From contig NC_086128.1 in the NCBI RefSeq assembly GCF_963921235.1, forward strand, positions 70,370,001-70,434,000: a DNA stretch of 64,000 nucleotides, written 5' to 3'. The number at the start of each line of letters is the position of its first letter. The first letter of the stretch is position 1. The notes below the pieces were generated by a model that saw only the letters and a list, made by a program, of their open reading frames with translations, was not told the DNA's origin and did no database searches. This stretch comes from Mobula hypostoma. Lineage: Eukaryota. The translations under genes and the position numbers were made by a program. Shown piece after piece: positions 50,556 to 62,980 of the stretch.

Positions 50556-51694
50556 GCATTTTGGGGTTCCTTCACACAGAGCTGTTGAGCGGAATGAGAG
50601 GGTTAACTGTTTAGCTAGAAAAGCTGTTAAAAATTCATTTGTGGATACTAACCTTCCCATTAAGCTAAGGAGTTGGTATGGTTAACAACTAGGGGCTAAT
50701 GGAAAGTCTTGTGGGAGAATGGGCGTAAGGAGAGACACCTTTACAGAATACATAACAGTGTTGGGTTTCTGGGAGAAGAGGGTAAAACACGAATGGGAGG
50801 AATTAAATTGACACGACTGAGAATTCGGCTTGCTACGCTTAATTATTCCTTATATCTCTTTGGAAAGCATAATTCTGGGTCTTGTATGTTTTGTCCTTAT
50901 GAAACAGATGAGCACATACTATTACAGTGAGCAGCATATCACGTTGAAAAATGGTTGAAAGATGAAAGATGGCTGATAGTTTTCATCTAAAAACTTTATT
51001 AATGTATGGCAGTGAATTTAATCTAATTCACAGTATTGTCTTTCAATACTTACAATCTATAGGGTTTTTGCAGTAAGTTGGCTTTCATTTGGGGGAAAAA
51101 AGGATGCAGGAAGGATTTTATTTCCGAATTTTCTGCACCACACTTCAGACAAGTTGGTGGTGGGAATGCACCTTTAAGTTGGAGTGTCGACCACTATTTA
51201 CCCCAAACCGCGCCCTATTTCTTCACTTAGACCATAAGACCATAAGACAAAGGAGCAGAAGTCGACCATTCTGCCCGTCGAGTCTGCTCCGCCATTTTAT
51301 CATGAGCTGATCCATTCTTCCATTTAGTCCCACTCCCCCGCCTTCTCTTTAGCCAATCATTTAAGGGGAAAGCGGAGACTGGTGTGAATGACATTGGATG
51401 AGCCAACCAGCATTAGGCTAGGCCCCTGCCGTGCTCTGAGAACGTCGGATTGTGAGGTAACTGGGCGTGAATGGGAATGGATGGATATATCCACAGACCA
51501 ATGGGTGGGCAATATTGTTTGACTGACACCTGGCGGGCCAATGAAGTACAGAGTCGCCAAAATGGTGCTTTGCCCTGCTCCTCTCCCACACAATGCTAAT
51601 CTCCGGAGCTGTCTGTCGATGGGACAATCCACCCAGGAATAACATCTGCGAGGTCAGGCAGTGAAAGGGAGAAGACAATGTAGCCGCATTTGCT

Positions 51695-51797
51695 TTGTGC
51701 TTAGGACGTGGTTTAGTTAATAAACTGAAGCACCGTACTGACCGGATATTTTACCGAGCCAATCACCTGCTCTCTGAATTTCGACTGAGTCACTGCT
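51695..51797 (-). pseudogene. 3'-end relic of another GPR139-like paralogue, truncated by CR1
   Basis: AVTQSKFREQVIGSVKYPVSTVLQFIN* aligns with the helix 8/C-tail of A and B. It has the same downstream module at 51355-51640. Confidence 0.85.
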
Positions 51798-51799
51798 TT

Positions 51800-52700
51800 C
51801 TGGATGATGGGGTGGTAAATTGGATTATTAAGTACGCAGATGCTACTAAGATAGGTGGAGTTGTGGATAATGAAGTAGGTTTTCAAAGCTTGCAGAGAGA
51901 TTTAGGCCAGTTAGAAGAGTGGGCTGAAAGATGGCAGATGGAGTTTAATACTGATAAATGTGAGGTGCTACATTTTGGTATTGTAGAATGCAGTAGAACA
52001 GAGGGATCTAGGAATAATGGTGCATAGTTCCCTGAAGGAGTAATCTCATGTGGATAGGGTGGTGAAGAAAGCTTTTGGTACGCTGGCCTTTATAAATCAG
52101 GGCATTGAGTTTAGGAGTTGGGATGTAATGTTGAAATTGCACAAGGCATTGGTGAGGCCAAATTTGGAGTATTGTGTACAGTTCTGGTCATCGAATTATA
52201 GGAAAGATGTCAACAAAATAGAAAGAGTACAGAGAATATTTACTAGAATGTTACCTGGGTTTCATCACCTATGTTACAGAGAAAGGTTGAAAAAGTTGAG
52301 TCTTTATTCCTTGGAGCGTAGAAGGTTGAGGGGGGACTTGATAGAGGTGTTTAAAATTATGAGGAGGATAGATAGAGTTAAAGTGTTTAGGCTTTTTCCA
52401 TTGAGAGTAGGGGAGATTCAAACAAGAGGACATGATTTGAGAGTTAAAGGACAAAATGTTTAGGGGTAACATGAGCGGGAACTTCTTTACTCAGAGAGTG
52501 GTAGCTGTGAGGAACAAGCTTCCAGCAGAAGTAGTAGAGGCAGGTTCGATATTGTCATTTAAAGTTAAATTGGACAGCTATATGGATAGGAAAGGAATGG
52601 AGGGTTATGGGCTGAGTGCAGGTCGGTGGCACTAGGTGAGAGTAAGAGTTCGGCACGGACGAGGGCCGAGATGGCCAGTTTCTGTGATGTAATTATTATA
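51800..52700 (+). mobile_element. 5'-truncated CR1
   Basis: KYADATKIGG and LVRPNLEYCVQFWS. Confidence 0.93.
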
Positions 52701-52704
52701 TATG

Positions 52705-53850
52705 GTCACGCTGATAAAGTGTGCTGTAAGACTGTTGGGAACATCACACGAAGGGGGCTTTTAGTTTTGGGTGGCTGGGTTCTTATCACACTTGAAGATG
52801 AATATGCAATATGACCCACTGTCGCGTTCTCTAACCCACCTTGTTTTTCCCATGAATTTAGATGACTTTAGCTTACACGATTTAATAAAGTCTAATGAAT
52901 TTGTTATGCCTGAGATTTTGTTGGTTTATCAATACATTACGGAAAATTAGTACAAATGTTACCCGTTTTTACAGCTGAGTCAAAAGATAGTTCAACTGGG
53001 AATATTAGTGTGGCTGTTTTTGGGCCGGAATTACAGGTAATGATAAAAAAACAATTTATCAGTACATACAGCAGATTTGGTTGCCATGATGTTCGGCTTA
53101 AAGTTGGGGGGGGGGGGAATTTGTTCATGTAATGTTGTACGCAGTAGGTCCGGTTTATTGTTGGAAACTAATCAAACATCGTTTCATATACAAATATATC
53201 GGTTTACATGATAACTTTTTAGGGATTCCTGCAGATCGAGGTGTTGACAGGAATGAGTGTTCAGCTACAAAAGCTGGTAAAAGTTCAACTGCGGATAAAG
53301 ACCTTCACTTAGATAATCGGAAGCGAGGGGGTTGGTAGGGTTCACAATTAGAGGCTTTTGGCAAGACAGCTGGGATAATGGGCATAAGGGGAGAAACTCT
53401 TACAGAATACCGAAACTGTTGGGATCGTAGGAGAAGGGGGTAAAACAAGAAGGTAAAAATTATACTGACATGGCTGAGCACACGATGCTTAATTTTTTCC
53501 CTATACTTTGTTGGAAACCATCTTTTTGGGTCCTGTAGGTTTTGTCATTGTGAAGCAGTTGAACACGTACATTCAACGTAAGGTTGAAAGAAATCAAACG
53601 CAGTCTTCATTACAATCTTTGCGGGGTAATAGTTTTCATCAAAAAACTTTATTAATTTACGGCAGTGACTTTAATTTAATTGACAGTGTTGTGTTTCAAT
53701 ACGTTTCCGTGTAATTTAGCTTTCATTTGAAGATAGAAGTAGTAAGGGATTTATTTCCCGATTCTCTGCACCACCCAATTCTCTGCAATCCTATTGATGG
53801 TGGGTATGAGCATTTAAGTTGGAGAGTTAACCGCCATTTATCCAAATCCA
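52705..53850 (+). mobile_element. Nimb/I-clade LINE 3' fragment (paralogue of 29260-30960)
   Basis: Collinear with unit A and has the same 3' UTR. Confidence 0.8.
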
Positions 53851-54149
53851 GCTCTATTTCTTTACGTTAGCAAAGCATTCAAAGAAAAGGTGGACACTAT
53901 TGCAATTGACATTGGATTAGACCACCAGCATCATACTAGCCTCCTGCCGTCCTCTGGTAACGTCAGACTGTGAGGTTGTTGGGCGTGAATGGGAATAGAT
54001 GGACATATCCATGGACCAACGGATGGGCTGTATTCGGAGTAGTTCTTTGACGGACATCTGGTGTGGTCAATAAGTCGCCGGGAAGATGCTCTGCAATGCC
54101 CCCCGCCCACCTGCTCCAACACACACACACGCACACAGTGGAGACCGGA

Positions 54150-55090
54150 CTAGAGACACGCCGGCCGCCTCTGGCTTGTGCTCAGAACGCGTTTTCTTTT
54201 AATGTACTGAAGTAACGAGGTGAACGGATATTTCACCGCGCTGATCATCTGCTCCCTAAATTTCGACTGAGTCACCGCGTAAATAAATGTATTCGTGCAG
54301 CAGCTGAAATCCCTCAGTAAAACCCCGATATAGTGAAATATCCATTCAGAATCATTGAAATCGAATCCTTTTCCTGAGACCTGATAATATATGAACTTTA
54401 CAACCAGTGTTAGCCACAGGAGGATGAAGTTGCCGGAGAGGGTGAAGAGTAAAACCACAGACCTCCTCCTGCTCTCCATCTCCGGGTCACTGCGGTTCTC
54501 CCCCTTGCTCTGACCCTTCAGCCCCTTGCGGACCCGACTGGAGACTAAAATGTGTCTGAATGTCAGAGCGTTGAGCAGCAAGATCCCAGCGAAAGGCAGG
54601 AACGGTGATAAAACCGAGTCGACCCAGTCATATGCCACCCACCCGGGGTCAGTGAAAACATTGTCCATGAGTTTACAAAACCACGGTACACTCTCGATGA
54701 TCTCCTTGGGCTCCCATGTGAAATATCGGGGAATATTTTTCAGGCAGAACAGTACGCCGGTTATTGTTAGAAACACAGTCGCGGTTTTCCCGGTGCAGTA
54801 TTTTATTTTCAGCTTCTGGCAGCAAATGGCGACAAACCGATCAATGGTGAAAGTAACGGTGAACCAGACAGAACAGTCTGTGGCTGTGTATCTCACTGTA
54901 TCAATAACACTGCACACTGGGGTGATGCTCAGAAAACTCCACGGGAAGTAATACAAATTGATTTGATTCAAAATTACCTGGGTGACAATGGTCAGTAGAT
55001 CCGCCGCTGCCATGGCCACCAGGTAGCGAGTGGTGCAGGTAGAGAGGCCGCACTTTCCACGAGAGAGGATCGCAATCGCTACTAAATTCA
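54150..55090 (-). CDS. GPR139: GPR139-like class A GPCR gene B, exon 2 (338 aa with exon 1)
   Basis: Same motifs as gene A, with 14 amino-acid differences before the tail. Acceptor tttctag|TGAAT. The C-tail is extended by a +1 indel. Confidence 0.92.
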
Positions 55091-55382
55091 CTAGAAAGAG
55101 AGAGAGAGAGAGAAAGGAGAGATGAGGACAGGTACTGGGCATGGCTGAAATTACTGAACATATAATCCGAAAATTAACACGGGATCGTGTTTCAGCTAAA
55201 GATCAGGAGTGCTAGAGTGTGAATGGCTGCTAATCTAACATCAGACAGGAGCCACAGTGTCCCTGACCTGTGGAGATAAGAAAATAACACGAGAATTTTT
55301 GCAGATGCTGGAAATTCAAGCAACACATATTAAAGTTGATGGTGAACGCAGAAGGCCAGGCAGCATCTCTAGGAAGAGGTAC

Positions 55383-55418
55383 AGTCGACGTTTCGGGCCG
55401 AGACCCTTCGTCAGGACT
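55383..55418 (-). ncRNA. Minimal type I hammerhead ribozyme motif, sense to receptor B pre-mRNA
   Basis: Identical to the 45020-45055 motif. Confidence 0.8.
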
Positions 55419-56438
55419 AACTGAAGGAAGAGCTAGTAAGAGATTTGAAAGTGGGAGGGGGAGGGGGAGATCCAAAATGATAGGAGAAGACAGGAGGAGG
55501 AGGGATGGAGCCAAGAGCTGGACAGGTTATAGGCAAAAGGGATATGAGAGGATCATGGGACAGGAGGCCCAGGGGGAAGGAAAAGGGGCAGGGGGGGAAA
55601 TCCAAAGGTTGGGCAAGGGGTATAGTCAGAGGGACAGAGGGAGAAAAAGGAGAGAGAGAGAAAGAATGTGTGTATATAACTAAATAACGGATGGGGTACG
55701 AGGGGGAGGTAGGGCATTAGCGGAAGTTAGAGAAGTCAATGTTCACGCCATCAGATTGGAGGCCACCCAGACGGAATATAAGGTGTTGTTCCTACAACCT
55801 GAGCGTGGCTTCCTCTACTGTAAAGATACCTGTGAGTCGGCTGGGGTGATATACTGCGTCCGGTGCTCCCGATGTAGCCTCCTATATATTGGCGAGACCC
55901 GACGCAGACTGGGGGATCGTTTTGCTGAACACCTACGCTCTGTCCGCCGGAGAAAGCAGGATCTCCCAGTGGCCACACATTTTAATTCCACATCCCATTC
56001 CCATTCTGATATGTCTATCCACGGCCTCCTCTACTGTAAAGATGAAGCCACACTCAGGTTTGAAGAACAACACCTTATATTCCGTCTGGGTAGCCTCCAA
56101 CCTGATGGCATGAACATTGACTTCTCTAACTTCCACTAATGCCCCACCTCCTCCTCGTACCCCATCCGTTATTTATTTATATACACACATTCCTTCTCTC
56201 TCTCTCCATTTTCTCCCTCTGTCCGTCTGACTATACCCCTTGCCCATCCTCTGGGTCCCACTCCCCCCCCCCTTTTCCTTCTCCCTGGGCCTCCTGTCCC
56301 ATGATCTTCTCATATCCCTTTTGCCAATCACCTGTCCAGCTCTTGGCTCCATCCCACTCCCTCCTGTCTTCTCCTATCATTTTGGATCTCCCCCTCAGCC
56401 TCCCACTTTCAAATCTCTTACTAGATCTTCCTTCAGTT

Positions 56439-56474
56439 AGTCCTGACGAAGGGTCTCGGCCCGAAACGTCGACT
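56439..56474 (+). ncRNA. Minimal type I hammerhead ribozyme motif
   Basis: agtc ctgacga a ggg tctcgg ccc gaaa cgtc gact. Confidence 0.8.
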
Positions 56475-57406
56475 GTACCTCTTCCTAGAGATGCTGCCTG
56501 GCCTGCTGCGTTCACCAGCAAATTTGAGGAGATAGGACGATATGTGGGGAATCATCAGCGATAAAAACGAGCTGCATGAATAACAACGATCGGAGCTCTA
56601 CCCGATTCCCGTCGCTGATGGGGCCGGTTTCACTTATTTAACCGTGACTGACAGGGCCTCTGGAAACTCAACATTTGATGGGGTCGAGAAGGGATACAGA
56701 GGGGAGAAACACACACAAAACACTGGAGGAACTCAGCAGGTCGGGCAGTTTCCATGGAATTGAACAAATTCACGTTTTGGGCGAGATCCTTCTTCAGGAC
56801 GAAGGTACCCCAATTTGGGACGAGTCTCAAACAGACAGCAGGAACAACTTAGTTACCAGAGACTGGGTGGTTCCGTTAATGGGTTAATTCTACAGCGCAG
56901 TTCAATTCGATAACACACGTCGGCAGATCCATGGACACCGGTTCAGGTGATCAAACCCAATTAATGACCAACAAGCAGTGGGACCCGATTGTGACAGACT
57001 GCAGGGAACCGTGACACAGAACTAGGGGTTCAATCCGCTCAATAACTCAGAAACAGTGACCTTCCCAATGTAAACCCTTCCCAGGATTTTAAATTTCCAT
57101 TCATTACAGCCCAGTCAGGCCTTCCCGGAAAGCTGCCTGTCCCCCAGCACTGGTACGATTCTGAACAAAGTATCATTAAAGACAAGAACAATATTCGATT
57201 TGATCCCGTCAGTTCGAGGAGAGACAGAGGATTAGTTTCGTTTGCCATTAACTATGAAAAATCAAAATGTTGAATTGACCGGGTCGATATCTCTGTCGGA
57301 TATTTGTGCAATGATTATTAAGTTGAAAGCTTGTAAAATGACCATAAACAGGTTCAGTCCGGTTAACACACAGAAGTACTAAACATCAATCGCTCTACTC
57401 ACTCAC

Positions 57407-57482
57407 CAGGAACTCCAATGACAGCAATGAACACGTACAATATTCTGTGCACACTCAAATACCTATCCAACAATGCAGCCAT
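57407..57482 (-). CDS. GPR139: GPR139-like gene B, exon 1 (MAALLDRYLSVHRILYVFIAVIGVP)
   Basis: 76 nt with donor CCTG|GTGAGT; 76+941 nt = 339 codons. Confidence 0.9.
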
Positions 57483-57696
57483 TTTCTCTGTACCAGTGAT
57501 TTGTCTCCCAGTGCTACAGGCGACCTCTGGGACAGAAATGTTGAGGCAACACATACCTGGGGGTTTTAATGCCATTTAGCGGCTCCACAGGGACAGATTT
57601 CAACAGATTTTAAAATAAAGATTTTTCAGTTATTCATAATCCGATTACGTCAGACAAGTGCAATTCCCAGGGTGATCGATTGTGGTATTGTGTTTA

Positions 57697-57754
<58 letters not shown>

Positions 57755-57758
<4 letters not shown>

Positions 57759-58021
57759 GGAGCGTGTTGTGGAGCGGGGTGGGGGGAGGGGCATTGCAGA
57801 GCATCTTCCCGGCAATTTATTGACCACACCAGATGTAATTCAAAGAACTACTCCGGAATACAGCCCATCCATTGGTCCATGGATATGTCCACCTATTCAC
57901 GCCCACCAACTTCACAGTCTGACGTTCCCAGAGGACGGCAGGAGGCTGGTATGATGCTGGTGGTCTAATCCAATGTCAATTCCAATAGTGTCCGCCTTTT
58001 CTTTCAATGCTTTGCTAACGT
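57755..58021. repeat. Inverted copy of 53864-54120, lying between two (TG)n tracts
   Basis: Reverse-complement match along its length; absent upstream of gene A. Confidence 0.92.
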
Positions 58022-59109
58022 GTGCCTGTGTGAGTGTGTGTGTGTGTGTGTGTGTATGTGTGCCTGTGTGTGTGTGTGGGTGTGTCTGTGCTGGTGGGAT
58101 AGACTCATTGTCTCTGCCTGCTTCTGCCCGACTGAACTCGTGTCTGTCTACCCCGAATTCATTTTGTCCCCCTTGGTTCAGTGCCTTCCCATCCAGCTCC
58201 GCGAACTTCACATGCTCCCGAACTCTTCAACAACTTTAATAATAGGTATTATACCTATAGGTCTAATAGGTATCATAGGTATCCCGTACCGATACATTTT
58301 TATCTACCACCAAGAGGGCCTTAAAGCACTCCGCTTCTTTCTCCACAACAGACGCAAGCATTTAGCTTCTGCTGCACTTTATTTGGAATCAGAGAGCGCC
58401 ATAACAAAGAAACAGAACCTTTTCCCGTTTCGTCCGTACCGAATTGTTGTTCTGCCGAGTCCCATAACCGACCTGGAGCATATTCCTCAATACCTCTCCC
58501 GTCTATGTGCTTATCCAAATTTCTCTTCAATGTAATCAAACCCACATCCACCACTCCTACTGGTAGCTCTCCCCCCGCCCGCACCCCACTATGATTGAAG
58601 AAATTCTCATTCAATTTCCCTTTAAATATTTCACCTTTCACCCTTACACTGTGACCTCCAGTGACAATCTCACCAACCTCAGTGGAAAAATCCTGCCTGC
58701 ATTTACTCTACCGATAACACTTACAATTTTGAAATACCTCTGTGAAATCTCGCATCATTTTCCTACATTCCAGGGAATAAAGTCCTAACCATTTCATCCT
58801 TTCCCTGCAATTCTAGTCCTCAAATCCAAACAAACTTATTGTAAATTTTCTCTACACTCTTTCAATTTGATTGATATTTTTTCCTGCAGGCAGGTAAAGC
58901 AAATTGCACAGATTACTCTAAATGAGCCCTCAACAACATCTTATACAACTTCAACATAGCACCCAATCTCCTGTACTCAGTACTTTGATTTATGAAGGCC
59001 AATGTGACAAAAGCTTTCAACACGACGCCACTTTCGTGTAATTGTGAATCTGTGTTCCCAGATCCCTATGTTCTGCAACACTACTCGGCTACCCTATTGG
59101 TCACCGTGT

Positions 59110-62100
59110 CTTCATGCACCCCCAAATCCATGCGGATCAATGCGGTAACACCCCCACATGAAAAGTAGATTGTCCCAGATTATCATTTTATCATTTCAAA
59201 CAGTTCACAAAATGGCTGCCTCCACCTTAAAAATTGCAAGAACGAAGTTAAACGTGCATTAATTATTAAAGTACCTGTAACTAAAACAACCTTCAGATGT
59301 CTCATACTTCCAAATCCATAGACGCTCCAAATCCGTGAAAAGCCCGAAATTCGTGTGCATACGCAAATCTATTCGCAACTTACTGACAATCTACATGCAC
59401 ATTAGATTACACCAGAGGAAGAAACATTTCAAACACTTCACAAAATGGCTGCCTCCACTTTGAAAATAGCAAGAACAATGTGCGTTTATTATTAAATAGT
59501 CGAAGCACCTCCAGATCCGCGGGCACCACCAAATATGTGTGCAGCCGCACTACGAAGACATCCACAAATTTGTATACACCTAAGTCCATGTGCACGCCCA
59601 TATTCGACAGCACACCACTAAATCTGTGCAAACCCCAAATCCATACCTATTGACAAGTCCACATGCAGATTACACTCTCACAAATCAAAAACCATTTCGA
59701 TCAGTTCACAAAATAGCTTTGCCCAAATAAAATGCAGAAACATAGAGACATAGAAAACCTACAGAACAATACAGGCATAAGAACATGTCCTTACGTGTGA
59801 CATTACCTAGGATTATCTATAGCCCTCTATTTTTCTAAGCTCCATGTACCCATCCAGGAGTCTCTTAAAAGACCCTATCGTATCTGCCTCCACCACTGTC
59901 GCCAGCAGCCCATTCCACGCACTCACCACTCTCTGCGTGAAAAACATATCCCTGAAATCTCCTCCATAGCTACTTCCAAGCACCTTAAAACTGTGCCATC
60001 TCGTGCTAGCCATTTCAGTTAGCAAGAACAACGTTCAAAATTCAAAGACACTCAAAACTCCGATTGCATAACCAATTCCACCAACACACTGTCTGCAACC
60101 CCAAATCCCCATACACCGCTAAATCCATGTGCATCCCAGAATCTGTGTGCACCTCCAAATATGCCATGTAACCCCCAGATCAGTTTCCGCCCTCCACATT
60201 CACAAACATCCCTAAGTCCGTGTGAAGTCCCAAATCTTGAGCTGTCCCCAAATCTGCATGCAACCCCAAATCGACCAAGACTCCCATGTTAGCTGACACA
60301 CCATTAAACCTGCTCACATCCCCAAATCCACACGCACCATTAAAACCATAGGCTACCCGAAATCATAGTGTACAGCCATATCGCCAACGCTCCCCTAAAG
60401 CTTCGAACATCTCCAAATCTGTGTGCACCCCCAAATCTGTGCACACCCCTACTTGCAGATTAGATTACCCCAGACACTTCAAACACTTACAAAATGGCTG
60501 CCCCAATAACCTTTAAATGATAGCAAGATTAAGTTCAATGTTCAAAGTGTATTTATTATGAAATTATTCATAAATAAAACAACTTTGAAATTCATCACTC
60601 CCCGAATCCACCGACAACCCCTAAATCTACCGACCCTCCTAAATCTGTGCGTACACTCCCCCAAAGCCGTCAACCTCCCCTAAATAACTATGCACCACCA
60701 AATCCACTGACGCCCCCCCCAAATAATGGTGCACCCAAAAAGCAACCAACACCCCCAAATCGGCACTAACCCACATATTTGTTGACATACCGCTGAATCT
60801 CTGCAATCCCCAATTCAGTGCGCATGAAGTCTGTGTGAATCCCCAAATCAGTGAGCACCACAAGCCTACTGACACCCCATGCACGTTAGGTGATCCCAGA
60901 GTGAGAATCATTTCAATCAGTTCACAAAGTAGCTGCCTCCACCTTAAACAAGCAAGAACAGATTTCAAATTTCGAAGTGTATTTATTACTAAACTATCAT
61001 TAAGTGAATCAATCTTGTGATTAGTCACATTTCCAAATCTGTGAGAACCCCAACATAAGTGCGCACCCCTAAATCCACAGACTTCCCAAAATCTGTGTGC
61101 AGCCCAAATCAGCGAAGCTACCAACTCTGTGTGTAACCCCAATTCCGCATGCACAATGTGTGCATCCCCAAATCCTCTAAAACCCCCGATGTTCGCTGAC
61201 ACATATCCCCATATCCCTAAAACCTTACACATCACTAAATCCGTGCGCAAACTAATATCAGAGTGCACACACATATTCCCCAATGTTACTCTAAATTTGT
61301 GCACATCCCCAAATTCGTGTGCACCCCAAATCATTTCGACCAGTTCACAAAAAAGCTGCCTCCACCCTAAATGTAGAGCAAGAACAAGTTTCAAAGTTCA
61401 AAGTGCATTTATTATTGAAGTAAATAAGCTGAAGATAAGTCACCCCCAAATTCCACCAACACCCATAAATCCGTGTGCACCCCCACACCCACTGACACAC
61501 CCCACATGCACGTTAGATTATCCCAGAGCAAAGATAATTTCTAATAGTTCATCAAATGGCTGCATCGACCAAGTCAGTGATCGCTCCCTAGTCTGCTGAC
61601 ATCCCCAAATCTGCGCACATCCTCAAATCTGTGTGAGCTCCCAAATCTATGCAAGAATAATATCAAACAGTTCACAAAACAGCTGCCTCCACCTTACAAA
61701 AATAGCAAGAACAAAGTTGAAAGTTTAAAGCGCATTTATTGTTAAAATATCTATAAATGCGTATCCCAAAATCAGAGTGCACACACATATTTGGCAACAC
61801 TCTCCGACTTCTGCGCACATCCCCAGATCCGTGCGCACCCCTGCATGCACATTACATTATCCCCGAGTAAAGATCATATCAAAGAGTCACAAAATTGCTG
61901 CCCCCCACTGACCCTTCAAAATAGCAGAAATAAAGTTCAAATTTCAAATTGTATTCAATATTATCTATAAATGAAACACCTTGAAATTCATCACCCCCCA
62001 AATCCAACGACACCCCTAAATCTACCGACACAGACAAAACCTTGTGAACCCCCAAATAAGTTTGCACCACTAAATCCACAGACACGTTTAAATCCGTGCA

Positions 62101-62980
62101 AACACGCAAACCTTCACGCAACCCATAAGTTATCGTGCGCCCACAAATCCACTGACATCCGCAATAATGGCGCACCCCAAAGCAAACAACACCCCCATAT
62201 TAGTGTGCACCCATGTATTTGCCGACACACCTCCGTATCTGTGCAATCCTCAATCAGTGCGCTCCGCCTGGGTGAACCCCCAAATCAGTGCGCACCCTAA
62301 TCCAGCTGACACCCCAACATGCACATTAGGTTATCCCAGAGCAAGACGCTCCACAACCGTGCGCACTCACATATGGATTCACCGACAAACTCCTAAATCT
62401 GTGCACATCCCCAAATTAGTGTGCAGCCCAATAACTGTGTGCACTCCAAATCCGTGGACGCCTCCAAAGCCAATGACAGCCCACATTAGGTGCTCCGAAA
62501 TCTAAGTGCATCCCCAAGTCCACAAACACCCAATTTGTAATGCAACCCCTAAATCTGTGCGCACCCCAAATCTTTCTTCAAAGTTCAAATGTGTATTTAT
62601 TATTAAAAGCATGCAGGAATGAAGCAACCTTGAGATTCACCATATTTCCAGATCCACCGGGCTCACCAAAATCTGTATGCATCCCCAAGTCTGCCGACGC
62701 ACTAAAATCCAAGCACATCCCACATCCCCGTGGACCCTCATATTCACCAACAAACTCCTAACTCTGCTCACATCCACAAATCTCTGTGAACCCCCAAATC
62801 TTTAGACACCCTAAATCCGTGTGTGCCACTTATACGCCGACAAACCCCTATATCTGTGCACGTCCCCAAGTCCATGTGCATGGCCAAATCAGTGATCTCT
62901 CCCAAGTCCACTGACACCCCCAAATCTACACACATCCTCAAATCTGTGCAAGAATAATTTCAAACAGTTCACAAAACAGT
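59110..62980. repeat. Degenerate two-level satellite-like array (paralogue of 37640-42480)
   Basis: Same motifs and modules, collinear apart from internal indels. Confidence 0.85.

Larger units (their letters stand above)
42480..51205 (+). mobile_element. Fragmented Nimb/I-clade LINE (42480-42948, 45330-45815, 48835-49430, 50560-51205) hosting younger insertions
   Basis: Endonuclease-like ILQW...LISNGQDMKKFI..ILETWL; RNase H-like FANGSK...VGVSVFVP and VVICSD..SVLMSL; 3' end like 30900. Confidence 0.7.
55285..56525. mobile_element. Young Penelope insertion with a long 5' inversion in the intron of receptor B
   Basis: Minus arm 55285-55812 and plus arm 55826-56525 (GIY-YIG ORF 55756-56139). 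GGAGATA occurs on both sides; the site is empty in gene A (about 34090). Confidence 0.92.

Noticed and set aside
60639-61394. 251 aa ORF in the satellite
   Set aside because: Broken by stops in the paralogous region (39128-39974) and shows no domain features.
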